Shown here: positions 11,439-22,156 of the stretch, piece after piece
Numbering within the stretch: position 1 is the stretch's first letter
Layout: each line of letters opens with the position of its first letter
NCBI GenBank assembly: GCA_008690995.1
Contig: VRMN01000004.1
Location: 744,001 to 808,000 of the forward strand
Direction: 5' to 3'
DNA from: Porphyridium purpureum
Taxonomy: Eukaryota
DNA: 64,000 nt
Program-made: the position numbers and the translations under genes
Notes under the pieces: model-generated
Told to the model about the DNA's origin: nothing
The model's input: the letters and a program-made list of their open reading frames with translations, nothing else
Database searches by the model: none

Positions 11439-12008
11439 CTGCTTCGTCCAGCCAGCCACCGCAGCGCTGAATAAGCAATGCCGCATCACATAGAAATGCG
11501 GCATTGTCATAACACTGTACCTCCCACCCAATTGAGGCGCTGGCGGTTTGTGGGGAGCGAGCAGGTCGCAGTGAGGCGACGTGCGATGTGAGGGGCATGA
11601 ACTTCGCCGCGCATTCCTCGAGCACGAGCGTGAGCGCGAGCGACCAAACCGCCAAACAGTTCTGCGATACTCGGTCGTTGTGATCACCCGGAACACGTGG
11701 TCGCCCGCCGCGGCGCAGATGGGATCAAGCGTGAATTAAGCGCGCACCGCGGCCACCACAATGCGGTCATGGACGAGCAGTAATGCCGGCCTGCTCAATG
11801 TCGTGTGACATGGTCGACGGTTTCTCCGGCTACATTAGAAACCTGGGTAGAAGTGACTATTTAACAGCCCCGCCCGACATGCTGCTCGGTTGCCGACCGG
11901 AATTCAGTTGGTGATGCTCCATTGCGTTCTTCGGTCTCGTTCTTCTTCTCTGACTGCTGAGGAGGGGCACTGGGGAACAGCTCGCGTGCCCGCGGGCCCG
12001 TTTCGATC

Positions 12009-12317
12009 ATGATGTCTGAGCATGTGTTCGGCAAAAACCAACATATGCTAGTTTCGCAGCTCTCAGACCGCCTGAGCGCCAAAAAACAGCACGTGGCCTT
12101 GACGTGGCGCGAGAAGCGCGACTGGCTGGCGGTCTCAGACACGGGCATGGTGATATCGCGGAATGCTCTGATGCAACTGCCCCCATCGCTGTCAAGCACT
12201 GAAATTCCGCGTCTCACGGCGCGCTTTGCCACGTGCGTGCACCGCACGCGTGAGTATTTCGCTGTGCATAAGCCACTAGGAATCATCCACGAAGAACCAG
12301 AGACGGAGCAGAGATAG
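12009..12317 (+). CDS. Family A copy 7, divergent and short (102 aa)
   Basis: RDWLAVSDTGMV...IPRLTARFATCVHRTREYFAVHKPLGIIHEEPE. It lacks the Ser-rich N-terminal half; an in-frame TGA lies upstream at 11958-11960. Confidence 0.7.
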   Translation: MMSEHVFGKNQHMLVSQLSDRLSAKKQHVALTWREKRDWLAVSDTGMVISRNALMQLPPSLSSTEIPRLTARFATCVHRTREYFAVHKPLGIIHEEPETEQR

Positions 12318-12385
12318 CAGTAAAGTTTGGATCTGACATTCGATTTCTGTGTTGCTTTTCTTTTGTTTCGTTGATCTGGTCCCAC

Positions 12386-13492
12386 ATGGCCGTGGCGCAC
12401 GTGCGCGTGCCGCTCGTGGCCGCGGGCTTCCTCATTTGCGCCGCCTTCGTGTGGTTCACCAGCGGCTTGCAAAAGCTCGCAGATGACGGCGGTCCGGTCG
12501 TGTCGCGCCTCCCAGCTGAGCTGATTCGCGGGACGGCGTTCGAGGTCGACGAGGAGGCGCGACGGGCACGCGTGGCAAGGAATCCTTGGGTGACAGAGTA
12601 TCAGCAAAGCGGGCAAGTGTGGAATCATTGGGATGCGGAAGAACTCAGGCGAGGTGGGTTTGTGCCGTCTGGCGGCGAGCATGACGCATTCTCGAATGCT
12701 TACCGAATACGTGAGCCAGAGGTGACTGTAGACGCAAGTCATGGCGTCGAGTGGGTTCGGCATGTGATTGTGGTGGGATGCGGCGGTACCTTTCGGCCAT
12801 CGGCGCGGACGGGTGATCGCGTGGAGGTGCGGTATGTTGCGGAAATGCGTGGAAGAGACGCACGCGCAGTCGCGCCTACCCCGGTGCTCAATGTATCGTT
12901 TGTGTTGGGAGCCAAACAACCGTTTCGTGCACTACAGAGCGCCATCGGCCGCATGTGTCCAGGTGAAATAGCTGAGCTCGTGATACCATCGTGGGTGCTT
13001 CGGATTCTGCCAGGAGCGCATCATATTCCGTCATTCCTGAAGAGCGCCACACCCTTGCCGCGGCGCGGTGGTCTCGGACCCCAGCTGCACATCTTTGTGC
13101 AACTGGTGTCGACGGCTCGCGCCACTGAATCTATGGACGAGTTCGAAGAGGCGCAAGTCCTTGCAGCACGTATTCTGGCCATCGCTGGGGCGCAAGGCGA
13201 GTCGTGCGACTCTGCGTGTGCGCGCAACAATGCCACTTGCTTGGCGGACGCGTTTAAAGTTGTCAACGAATGTCCTCGCATCAAAACAGTCTTCCCGTGC
13301 ACTGTCTGTGAGGTCGCCGCGAAGGGTTCGGCCGGCCCAGATATGCCGTGCTTCGTGTCACCAAGCGCTCCCATCGGTCACCCGCGCGGTTACTGCATGG
13401 CTACTCCGAATGTAGCAGTATCCGATTGTGCAGGCAGGTATCCACACACATCGCGTGTTTGCCCGTGCGAGCCTTTGCTCACGCAATCATAG
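12386..13492 (+). CDS. Membrane-anchored FKBP-like domain fused to a GnT-V (GT18)-type C-terminal Cys-rich domain
   Basis: N-terminal hydrophobic anchor (VPLVAAGFLICAAFVWF). FKBP pattern GDRVEVRY...FVLG...AIGRMCPGEIAELVIP...LHIFVQLV. The C-terminus GESCDSAC...C...DCAGRYPHTSRVCPC resembles the MGAT5 tail. Confidence 0.65.
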   Translation: MAVAHVRVPLVAAGFLICAAFVWFTSGLQKLADDGGPVVSRLPAELIRGTAFEVDEEARRARVARNPWVTEYQQSGQVWNHWDAEELRRGGFVPSGGEHDAFSNAYRIREPEVTVDASHGVEWVRHVIVVGCGGTFRPSARTGDRVEVRYVAEMRGRDARAVAPTPVLNVSFVLGAKQPFRALQSAIGRMCPGEIAELVIPSWVLRILPGAHHIPSFLKSATPLPRRGGLGPQLHIFVQLVSTARATESMDEFEEAQVLAARILAIAGAQGESCDSACARNNATCLADAFKVVNECPRIKTVFPCTVCEVAAKGSAGPDMPCFVSPSAPIGHPRGYCMATPNVAVSDCAGRYPHTSRVCPCEPLLTQS

Positions 13493-13990
13493 GAGAAAGG
13501 TTCACCAGCAAAGACCTGGCGAGCGGCTCGAGACGAGTGAGCTAGGTCCAGATACTTGCTTCTAACATGCCGAAAAATGCGCGGTTCACACCTCCTCGGT
13601 CAAGTTGACAGAAACAGCACTTCACAGGAGACAGACTCCTGCGATTGCGCTTCTTACGCGCAAAAGCAATCTTTGGTGGAGAGTAACAGTCCAGACACGT
13701 GTAAATGAATAGCTCGAGTTACCGCGTGTTCTATCGCCTTTCCGGTTCGTCGTGCCACATGAAGAATCGTGCTGACGAATAGATCCAGCATTGCATTCTC
13801 ACTGCGTTTGAAGGGGATGCGGAAACTATGATCCAAGATTCTGCGGAAGGGAACGGTGGGTCTTTTGCCACCGACTCCGACCAAAGGATGAAACTCTTCA
13901 AAATTCGATATCACCTCCCACTTTGTTCAGAGAGCAAAATCCAGAACGACTTCTTAGTTTCCATTAAATGATAATCTGTAGGTCCCCTCC

Positions 13991-15286
13991 TCAATGCACA
14001 GGCACACACAATTCGCGGAAGAAGGGCCGTGTCCAGTCTTTCCACGTGACCTGCTCAAAACTTTGCGCGAGCGATGGAGCGCCGGAGTCTCGCAGTTGGA
14101 CTTCACGAAGCGACTTCATGAACTCGACATAGTAGAAAGCCGCAATACCGTTGCAACAGGCATGGTCCAATTTGTGCGACTGGCGAAGGCAGTTGACGAC
14201 ATGCACGAACTGGTCGCCCTGCGTCCACAGATGGTGCGACTTGTGGTGCTCGACCGTATTTCTGTCGAATGGTTGGTGCTCTAGCTCGAGGTGTGCATAC
14301 GAATTGAGCACTTGCTGCGGCACCCAGCTGACATATTCCAGTTCGGGAGCGTGCTTCTTCTCCATGCCCTCACGAATCGCCATGAGGTCGTCATTTCGAT
14401 CCACTAGACCAATCTCGACCGCCCAGCGGTCCAAGAAAGCGCGCCCTTCTCGCCCGGTGCTTAACAAGGTGACGCCCGGGTTGACCTGCCTCCCACCCCA
14501 ATCACGGCTCAACACTACGAAGTGGCCGCTACCTGGCGGCGCGTATAAGTCGACAAGCGATTCCAACGACATGCTGGCGTTTGTGATCAGCACATCTGTG
14601 TCCAGCCACAGCAACCAATCGTAATCATCCAAGTGCCGCCGAAACGCCGCAATACGGCTGCCGCTCTTCTGCGTGAAGCTCATTTTATCCGAGAGCAGGT
14701 CCGAGTCTGAAAAGTACGAATACCCGTACAGACGGGCGTACTGCGCCTTGGTCTCGCTGGCCAAGTTGGCCATGACATCGTAAACTTTCCCATTGTGCGC
14801 AGAGATGATTGCGAAACGTGCGCGGCGGCCAGGCGGATTGCCAAAAAGCTCCTTCGACAAAGAATCCAGCCCCATGGCACGGCTCGCGCTGCTGAAAGCG
14901 TCTTGACCGTCAGAAGAGCTCACAGCGTCCTCCTGCAGGTTCGCGGCCGATCGGTCGCCAAAGTACATGCCCACCTTGTGCACCCACACACTTACCGCCG
15001 CAAGCGTGAAAATGCCCACCGTGAAAATCACTGTGTCGCGCTTCACATTTGGAACGCCGCCGGTGATCCCAAACCGCCGCATCCTCTCTCCTTTCCGCTG
15101 TCTGTAATACTCGCCCCTCCCGCCTTTCCTCTTCGTCTCCTCGTCTGTTCGTCTTCCTCTCGATCTAAATCCACCATCGCCACGAGAAACCCTAGCAGTC
15201 ATCTTGCCATCACTGTACCTCCTCCACACTGTACACCCACGCACTATTGCTCTGAATGCGTCATCACAATGTAATGTGCATTCCAT
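13991..15286 (-). CDS. Glycosyltransferase family 34 (GMA12/MNN10-like), type II membrane protein
   Basis: TM segment VIFTVGIFTLAAVSVWV, then KAQYARLYGY, YDWLLWLDTDVLITN (DxD) and DWGGRQVNPGVTLL. The true start may be 15202 or 15082. Confidence 0.8.
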   Translation of the reverse strand: MECTLHCDDAFRAIVRGCTVWRRYSDGKMTARVSRGDGGFRSRGRRTDEETKRKGGRGEYYRQRKGERMRRFGITGGVPNVKRDTVIFTVGIFTLAAVSVWVHKVGMYFGDRSAANLQEDAVSSSDGQDAFSSASRAMGLDSLSKELFGNPPGRRARFAIISAHNGKVYDVMANLASETKAQYARLYGYSYFSDSDLLSDKMSFTQKSGSRIAAFRRHLDDYDWLLWLDTDVLITNASMSLESLVDLYAPPGSGHFVVLSRDWGGRQVNPGVTLLSTGREGRAFLDRWAVEIGLVDRNDDLMAIREGMEKKHAPELEYVSWVPQQVLNSYAHLELEHQPFDRNTVEHHKSHHLWTQGDQFVHVVNCLRQSHKLDHACCNGIAAFYYVEFMKSLREVQLRDSGAPSLAQSFEQVTWKDWTRPFFRELCVPVH

Positions 15287-16081
15287 CGAATGCTCGTGGT
15301 GTCATTCGGTGTACCCACAGTACCTCGTCAAACCATGGCCCGCACTGTACTCGCGACAAGCATCCCGTGTCCATTGACTATGAAACCACGTGTGGTGTTA
15401 TGCGTTGCAATGTTTTTTTTCGGGAGGGGCGCGAAATCGACATGGACATTTCAAAGCAAGGCGAAAACGCCTCAAAAACATGTGCACTTCTGAATTTGAA
15501 AATCGCGGGCGCGCGTGATTAATTTCAGTTAGAACGCATGACGGCGACGAGCGTCTTCTTTGCAACGGTCATTTCGGCGGTGTAACGGCAGCTGTGGCGA
15601 GCAGTGGTTGCTGTTTCTGTGGGTTTGTCGGGGGGGGAATTTGTGTGAGCGCGTGCATCTTTCAAACGCGCGCGTCGAGCCAAATAGTGCGTACGAAGAA
15701 TACGATGCAGGATACACGATGGGTTACGGCAGCCTGCGTGGTGCGGAGAAGGAGGCTGGACAACTAATGAGTGCGTCAAGTACGCAATCGCGGATGTGAC
15801 GGTTGCGCAGTTTGCGGCCTGGTCGGTCTACTCAAACAGCCTTCCTGTCTATCGAGCTGGAAAGCGACGCGCGTTTGGATGGACTGCCGAGCTGCGGCTG
15901 GCTCGCGGATTGGTAAGCGGTATATCACAAGGTCGCGCAGGGTATTAAAGGTGTCTCAATTGGACAGAGCACATACGGCCAGAGGTAGAGAGGTTTATCA
16001 GGCAGACCTGAATGTGAGGCCTGAAGCCAGGCGCCGCAAGCGAGGGTCGGGCACGACGATCGAACAAGGAAAAGAGCAACG

Positions 16082-17878
16082 ATGCAGAACGCGTTTCGGC
16101 GCATACTGACGCCCAAAAAGCATGCGGCAGCGCATGAAGCAGCGCGCAACGAGGCCATGGCGCGGGCGCAGCATGGCGCTTCGCCGGTGCCCAACCTGTA
16201 CGGCTCGGAAGAGCTGAATGAATGCCCGAGCACCAGCACTGAGCTGTCGGTGCCGCAAGTGTGCTCGCCGTCGCAGTACAAAGGCGCAACGTCGTCCGGA
16301 TACTCGCCGGCGTTTGCACGCTCTAAGGCCTTCCATGACAGCAGCGCAGCGGCACCCAGCAGGGTCACGGGGACCGGGGACGACGGCTGCGATGCCCCAC
16401 AGACAATTGACAGCCGCCCCAAGAAGCAGAGTAGCGCGCGCAGTGCGGGCAGTGCGCGCCAAGGCGCCGACAAGGAAAACAGTGCGTGTGAAAATTCGTA
16501 CGAGAATCTGTATCAGGAGGACTCGTCCATGCACTCGCCGTCCGTGCTGACCAAAAAGATATCAGACAAGCCGCCCAAGACCCCCGTCCAGGGCCGCAGG
16601 TTGGAATTTGGTTTTGCGCGCAAGGACTTTAACCGGAACAAGGTCTCCGAGCCCAAAATCGGGACGCCGCTTGAACTCGTGCACCAGGTACACGTAGAGC
16701 AGGATGTCGAGTCGAACACGGGCTTCATGGGCCTGCCACCGTCCATGGAGGCCGAGTTGATCACCAACGGACTGAACCATTTGGACTTGAACGAAGACCC
16801 GAACGCAGCTATGGCTGCGCTCCAGTTTTATAACAAGTCACGCGCGCAGTCTGTGTATGAGCGCTCTGCGCGCGCGGTGGCACTTGCGACGGACGGCGAC
16901 TCGGCCAGCACCGAAGCCGGACGCACCAAGTACCTCGAATCGCACTTTCGTTTCTCCGTTCCGCCCGAGCAGCCAATCTTTCGAGACGAGGACCCCGAGT
17001 TGCACTTCCAAGCCATCAAGGGGCTGGGCAAGGGTGCAGGCGGTATTGTGATTCTGGTCACGAAGAACGATGACCCGACGCAGACGAAGCTCGCCCTGAA
17101 AAAAGTGGAACCTGCGGATGAGAGTGAAGAGCGCGCGCTCGAGATGGAGATTACAGTCATGAGCGGCACGCGCCACAAGAATCTTATCAAGTGCTACGAG
17201 ACATTCCGCTGGGAAGGTGCGTGGTGGATCTCGATGGAGTACATGTCAGGCGGCTGCCTCACAGACGTGCTGGATTTTTTGCGCAAGACGAAGCAGAGCA
17301 TGCCTGAGAAACTGATCGCGTACGTCATCCGACAGACTCTGAAGGGCCTCAACTATATGCACATGCAGAAGAGACTGCATCGCGACATCAAGTCGGACAA
17401 TATTCTGGTGTGCGCAGACCAGGGAACTGTCAAGCTAGCAGACTTTGGTTTTGTGTGCGAGCTCACCGAAGAAAAGGCGAAGCGCACCACGTGTGTCGGC
17501 ACACCGTATTGGATGGCACCGGAGCTTATCAGCAACCACGAGTATGACTACAAGGCGGACGTATGGAGCATGGGTGTGCTCACGATTGAGTGCGCGGACC
17601 TGGTTCCACCGTATTTTGACGAAAAGCCGTTGCGCGCCATGTACTTGATCACCAAGCGGCCGCCGCCGCGCATGAAGGACCCGAGCAAGTGGTCGTTCGA
17701 GATGCTCGACTTTGTGGCACGCTGTGTGGCACTCAACCCTGCGCGCCGCGCCACCACGGCAGAGCTGCTCGCGCATCCATTCCTGCGCCAAACTGCTGAC
17801 AAGAACGACATGAAGAAGATGCTGCAGGATATGTTCCAGCTGAAGGCCGCAAACAAGAAAAAACTTCTGCACAATTAG
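16082..17878 (+). CDS. PAK/STE20-family Ser/Thr kinase with a CRIB/PBD domain
   Basis: PBD-like IGTPLELVHQVHV...GFMGLP. Kinase motifs LGKGAGG, ALKK, HRDIKSDN, DFG and RTTCVGTPYWMAPE (STE20 signature). Confidence 0.92.
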   Translation: MQNAFRRILTPKKHAAAHEAARNEAMARAQHGASPVPNLYGSEELNECPSTSTELSVPQVCSPSQYKGATSSGYSPAFARSKAFHDSSAAAPSRVTGTGDDGCDAPQTIDSRPKKQSSARSAGSARQGADKENSACENSYENLYQEDSSMHSPSVLTKKISDKPPKTPVQGRRLEFGFARKDFNRNKVSEPKIGTPLELVHQVHVEQDVESNTGFMGLPPSMEAELITNGLNHLDLNEDPNAAMAALQFYNKSRAQSVYERSARAVALATDGDSASTEAGRTKYLESHFRFSVPPEQPIFRDEDPELHFQAIKGLGKGAGGIVILVTKNDDPTQTKLALKKVEPADESEERALEMEITVMSGTRHKNLIKCYETFRWEGAWWISMEYMSGGCLTDVLDFLRKTKQSMPEKLIAYVIRQTLKGLNYMHMQKRLHRDIKSDNILVCADQGTVKLADFGFVCELTEEKAKRTTCVGTPYWMAPELISNHEYDYKADVWSMGVLTIECADLVPPYFDEKPLRAMYLITKRPPPRMKDPSKWSFEMLDFVARCVALNPARRATTAELLAHPFLRQTADKNDMKKMLQDMFQLKAANKKKLLHN

Positions 17879-18388
17879 GCGCTGTGTGCCGATTGTGATG
17901 AGCTGAAAGTATGAAAGATGAGTTTTCTTGCATTATTGGACAGTGCCATGCGTCGTCGGGCAGCGGAGTGACAGACCAGTCAGTGTTTGACGACGGCATA
18001 TGTCGCCCGCATTGATTGATTCGATTGCTTTGCAGTAGCGTGCAGTGAAAGTTCCCTTCCTCTCCAAAAGAATGTGATCTAGTGCAGCGATCTTGTGAAA
18101 CTCGCGTCCCGAACCCACGTGTCAACCTGAAAACTATTGCGTGTGGAGCCGTGCGAATCGCTGGAATGCGATAGTCCTCGGATTCTTCAGACGAATAGTG
18201 TCAAAAGCGGCCGTCTAGGGAACTCGCCAGATAAGCGCGGGCGCGCCACCCACGTATGTCGGCGCATGTGTTTGTCTTTTGAAAGTTAAACTATCCAATT
18301 GTCACGCGCTCCTGTTCTTCATGTGATTGGGGGGAGCCTGCACGCGTTGTCTGGATACGCTTCGGCAAGTGCATCAAGGGCGTGCAAT

Positions 18389-18622
18389 TCAATTTGTGCA
18401 ATACGACCGAATTGCTCGACGCAATGCCTGATCTGCAAAGTTGCCAATTCGCTCGCTCCACGCGTTCTGGTCTTGGTCGCCTTCGTCTTCATCTTTATGA
18501 GCCTTTTTGGGAATGGGTTCAAGGGTTGGAGATAAGCCGAAAATCCTCAGGGGCCCGCACATGCGCACTGGCATCTTGCCAACGCACCTGGATCGAATTC
18601 CTTCCAATGCAGCCGTCAGCAT
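18389..18622 (-). pseudogene. Family B degenerate copy (probable pseudogene or strongly diverged paralog)
   Basis: TAALEGIRSRCVGKMP...FGLSPTLEPIPKKAHKDEDEG aligns with TAALQEIRFKCVDKMP...FFSNLETIPEVAEEEE of 23761-24204. The motif Glu is replaced by Lys, and similarity (RQRVQAPP vs RRVQTACP) continues past two stops. Confidence 0.6.
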
Positions 18623-19863
18623 TGCGGTACCTATCTTGACGAGGTCACTGAACTGATGCTTGCCTTTGCACGGTGGCAAATCGCAACCCGACTCAAACAA
18701 GCCACGTCACAGACACAGCAGCTCCTCGCCGATAGCGTAGCGAGACCAGAGCAACCACTGTGTTGCCATGCCGTCCATCACAGCCGGCACAACTGTGTCA
18801 CGATCAATCCAACACACACGCTCGAACGCTTGTACATCCACATCTACACACACACACGCACCTCAGCACATGCCATGTACAGAATCTGCCACCACTCTGG
18901 CAACCAGCCTGAGCCCTAGCTCACCAGCTGTCCTGCTGTCCAATGGACTCCTGCACCCATGCCTGGACTCTTGGACTGAACCTTCACGGCCGAACGCCTT
19001 TTCTTCTTCTTGTTGTTTCGACATGATTCACCCGCCTCGTCGCCGCCTTACACATGAAAAGTAAACGGGAATCATATCAAAAATCACATGCTCCTGAACA
19101 TATTCCCCCTTCCCCCCCTTTTTTCATCCGTGGCGTCAGGCTTCGACAACGAAGACGTAACCGGCTGCATCTGCAGCCGAACACGAAACCACAACTCCTC
19201 CATGCTTGCAACTATCCGCCGTGAAACGTGGAAGGTGACACTGCCACAAATACATCCGATCAAGTAGAAACACTTCCACGTGTGTTTTCTATCACGACGC
19301 TTGCAACCAGCCTAAGAATGGGCAATTTATGATTGCAAGTCCACAACCGCCGCTGGTTTTATTATTCGAAACAAATACACACGCATGCTTGCACGCTTGG
19401 ATGGCGGTGAAAGGCAGAGGAGAAGAAGCCGGGGCGGGGGGTTTGCTTGATCTTGGTACGATTATGAAGATCAAGCACGCGAGGAGGAAGTACAGTGGTG
19501 CTTGCAGTGATGAGGCGACCGAGACGTGAAAGGCCGAAAATCTCTCTGGCCGAGATGGCGATTGGCGAGTTGTGCCGCTTGGCATGTGCCATGCTGGTGG
19601 AAGCACCGCGCAACAGAACGACACAGGCCCCCGGGCTGCCTTGTCAGCTGCCAGTGGTGGGGACAGAAAGAAAAGGAAGGAAACAATGTGGGAATCAAAA
19701 AACGTTTCGTTCATACTGAGGCGACCGGCTATGGCGGCTCGCAGCTGTTCGACTCGGTGGAGCGGCGTGTCTCTATAAGGGGACGGTGAGGGATGAGCGG
19801 GTTGGGCGCAGAGTTGGATGGAAAAGGTCAACTAGAGGTGGAGACAACACAAGGAGGGTAGTT

Positions 19864-20250
19864 ATGCAGCCCTCTCATCAAGCAACAAGCCCGCATACAT
19901 CCATGCCGCTTCAAAGAGCGTGTACGACGTGTGGTCGGGGCGAGGCTGAGGACGCCGCACGCATGCACGGTGCGCTTCTCCGCTCATACACTATGCCGCG
20001 CGCCATGTCAAACGCAGCTTCCTGCGAAATCAAGTTTCGCTGCCTCGAGATCATGCCGGAACAAGGGCCGTCGCCGTACCGCCGCTTCTCGTACACACCG
20101 ACCCTGGAGACTATTTTTGAAGAGGACGAAGAAGACGAAAGTGGCAGACAAGAAGAAGGCTCTAGCAGTCGAGAGAGCAACGTCGCCTCACGCCACAAAT
20201 CACGTGCGATTCCAGCTCGCATGGGTTCTTCGAGATATTCCTGTGAATAG
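19864..20250 (+). CDS. Family B small protein (128 aa from the first ATG), unknown function
   Basis: LLRSYTMPRAMSNAASCEIKFRCLEIMPEQG...YTPTLETIFEEDEED; TATAAG at 19774-19779. Confidence 0.82.
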   Translation: MQPSHQATSPHTSMPLQRACTTCGRGEAEDAARMHGALLRSYTMPRAMSNAASCEIKFRCLEIMPEQGPSPYRRFSYTPTLETIFEEDEEDESGRQEEGSSSRESNVASRHKSRAIPARMGSSRYSCE

Positions 20251-20513
20251 CCTAGCCATCGAGGCATTGTATCGGGTGTTTCTAGTAGCATATCGTCAGA
20301 TTCAGTGTATAAATGATGGCCTGGACAAAAGACTACATCATTCACTCTCGCACACCATGTGACGTTTTCCGGCGCACGCGCGAATCCCACCATCATTTCC
20401 ATGCTGTACATACTGAGTCGGTTCCTTTTACTCAGTCGAAAGTTTCCTAGAAGCTTGTACAAAAAGTAACTATGTGCACCGGAGCTAGCTAATTGAGCAG
20501 ACTATGCATGATC

Positions 20514-20822
20514 TTAGGAAGAATGGGTTCGAGAACTCGCATCCATTGTTCCACTGCTCGATTCGTCCTCTGAAACTTCCTCGTCTTCTTCGTAAATGGT
20601 TTGTAAGGTGGGCGTATATCGGGTTCGTCGATACGGCACGGAAACCTGTGTCGGCATCGTATCGAGACAGCGCCATTTGATTTCACAGGACGCTGCGTTT
20701 GAAAGTTTGAGCGGCATGGCCTTTGAGCGCAGAAGCATGCTGCCTTGCGCAGCAGACGACGCAGCACTGCTCAATGTCGTGGCCCGGCCCGGCGACGCAT
20801 TGGTCTGGTTGGTTTTCGACAT
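20514..20822 (-). CDS. Family B small protein (102 aa from the first ATG)
   Basis: LLRSKAMPLKLSNAASCEIKWRCLDTMPTQ...YTPTLQTIYEEDEE; minus-strand TATAAA at 20952-20957. Confidence 0.82.
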   Translation of the reverse strand: MSKTNQTNASPGRATTLSSAASSAAQGSMLLRSKAMPLKLSNAASCEIKWRCLDTMPTQVSVPYRRTRYTPTLQTIYEEDEEVSEDESSSGTMDASSRTHSS

Positions 20823-21736
20823 GCAATGGATCGATTCAAGCTCATGACAGTTCAATGTGATTCTTTACCTTCTGCGTCTGGTTTCTTGCTTTGCTCCGTC
20901 CATATGTTATGGCCTACCCGAACGGAGCCCGGCCGTTCTCGACCTGACTCCTTTATACTCAATGCCCGTCAACTGCACCTGTGCACGGGGCCGCCGCATA
21001 TTGCCAAGGGCTGCGCGAGTCTAGGGTCATCAACATGAACGGACGGACTTCATGCGCAACCCCACACTTTGCCTTCTGAACATGCAAACACAATGCGTGC
21101 TAGGACCAATCCCTGGTGTTCCTCCACCGGATGTTGCGCAGTGTCGAGCCAAACACGTCATGAATCCGCGTGAGTTCCAAGCTACACCACCATGTAAAGT
21201 TCTGTGCATCGATATCACTGAATGTACGGAAATCTGCGAATCCCGCTGTGGTCCAACACTTTTTGGTTACACATCGCAGCAGAAAGCTTGTCCTGCTAGA
21301 AAAACAACTCCGATGTAGTGAGTAATCATTGGTGAGGAGGAGGGTATCTTGCCCTGCACGGCTGCGTTACGACGAGCAACCAACATATCGATCCAGGCAT
21401 GTCATCCAAGCCTTTCCAATGCGGTGGTGGTGGCAGTGCCGGCCGTGCGGAGTGCATGTCGAAAGTGTCGACGACGTTCTCCCAGTGAAAGGAATCTCGC
21501 AACGACAGAGGCGAAAGAAAGAGCGACGCCTGCAAAGTGGCTTATTCCCAAGCCACGGCGAAGCGCCGGCCGTCTGTCACAAATTCTGAGTGATCTGGGG
21601 CGTTCTGGGTTGATAATGAGAGCGTCGTGCCGCACCCACCAAGCTTTACCCTATTTTTCAACGGGAGTGTCACCGTTGTTGTATATTTCTATAATCACAC
21701 CTTCATCAATAATACTATGTACACATGGATCTCCGT

Positions 21737-22156
21737 TTACGCCCGGCTCGCAGAAGAACTCTTGCGCGAGCGGAAATCCCTTGTCCGCGTCAAGTCATTG
21801 TATGAGCCAGCCTCGCTCGACTGTACTGCGTCAGTGTACGAGCCAACTTCGCTCGATTGTACCGTGTCAGTGTCGGAAGCAACCTCATTCGACTGTGTCA
21901 ATTCACAGTCTTCCTCGTTCTCTTCGTAGATGGTCTCCAAAGTGGAGGTATACTGAATCCGTGAATACGACCCGAGACCCTGCGTCGGCATGGTCTCCAG
22001 GCACCCAAAGCGAATTTCGCATGAAGCGGCGCTCGACATTTTCAGCGGCATCGTCTTGGATCGCGTCAAGGCGTTTCCTGGCAGGCCAGACGACACGCCG
22101 CCGTTCATTGTGCGCGACCGTCGCAACATTGTTGATTCTTGACCCGAATAGAGCAT
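21737..22156 (-). CDS. Family B small protein (139 aa) with an internal 12-aa repeat
   Basis: LTRSKTMPLKMSSAASCEIRFGCLETMPTQG...YTSTLETIYEENEED; minus-strand TATATAA at 22253-22259. Confidence 0.82.
   Translation of the reverse strand: MLYSGQESTMLRRSRTMNGGVSSGLPGNALTRSKTMPLKMSSAASCEIRFGCLETMPTQGLGSYSRIQYTSTLETIYEENEEDCELTQSNEVASDTDTVQSSEVGSYTDAVQSSEAGSYNDLTRTRDFRSRKSSSASRA
21794..21899. repeat. 36-bp tandem repeat (about 3 units) inside a family B CDS
   Basis: gagccagcctcgctcgactgtactgcgtcagtgtac / gagccaacttcgctcgattgtaccgtgtcagtgtcg / gaagcaacctcattcgactgtgtc, encoding QSNEVASDTDTV-QSSEVGSYTDAV-QSSEAGSYNDLT. Confidence 0.9.

Noticed and set aside
2947..12317. Family A array read as a CRISPR-like array or mobile-element repeat
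   Set aside because: Repeats are protein-coding with synonymous divergence. I saw no short identical DNA repeats, TIRs, LTRs, transposase, RT or cas genes in the window.
11861..12919. 352-aa minus-strand ORF
   Set aside because: Antisense shadow of family A copy 7 and the FKBP-fusion gene; non-ATG start and no motifs
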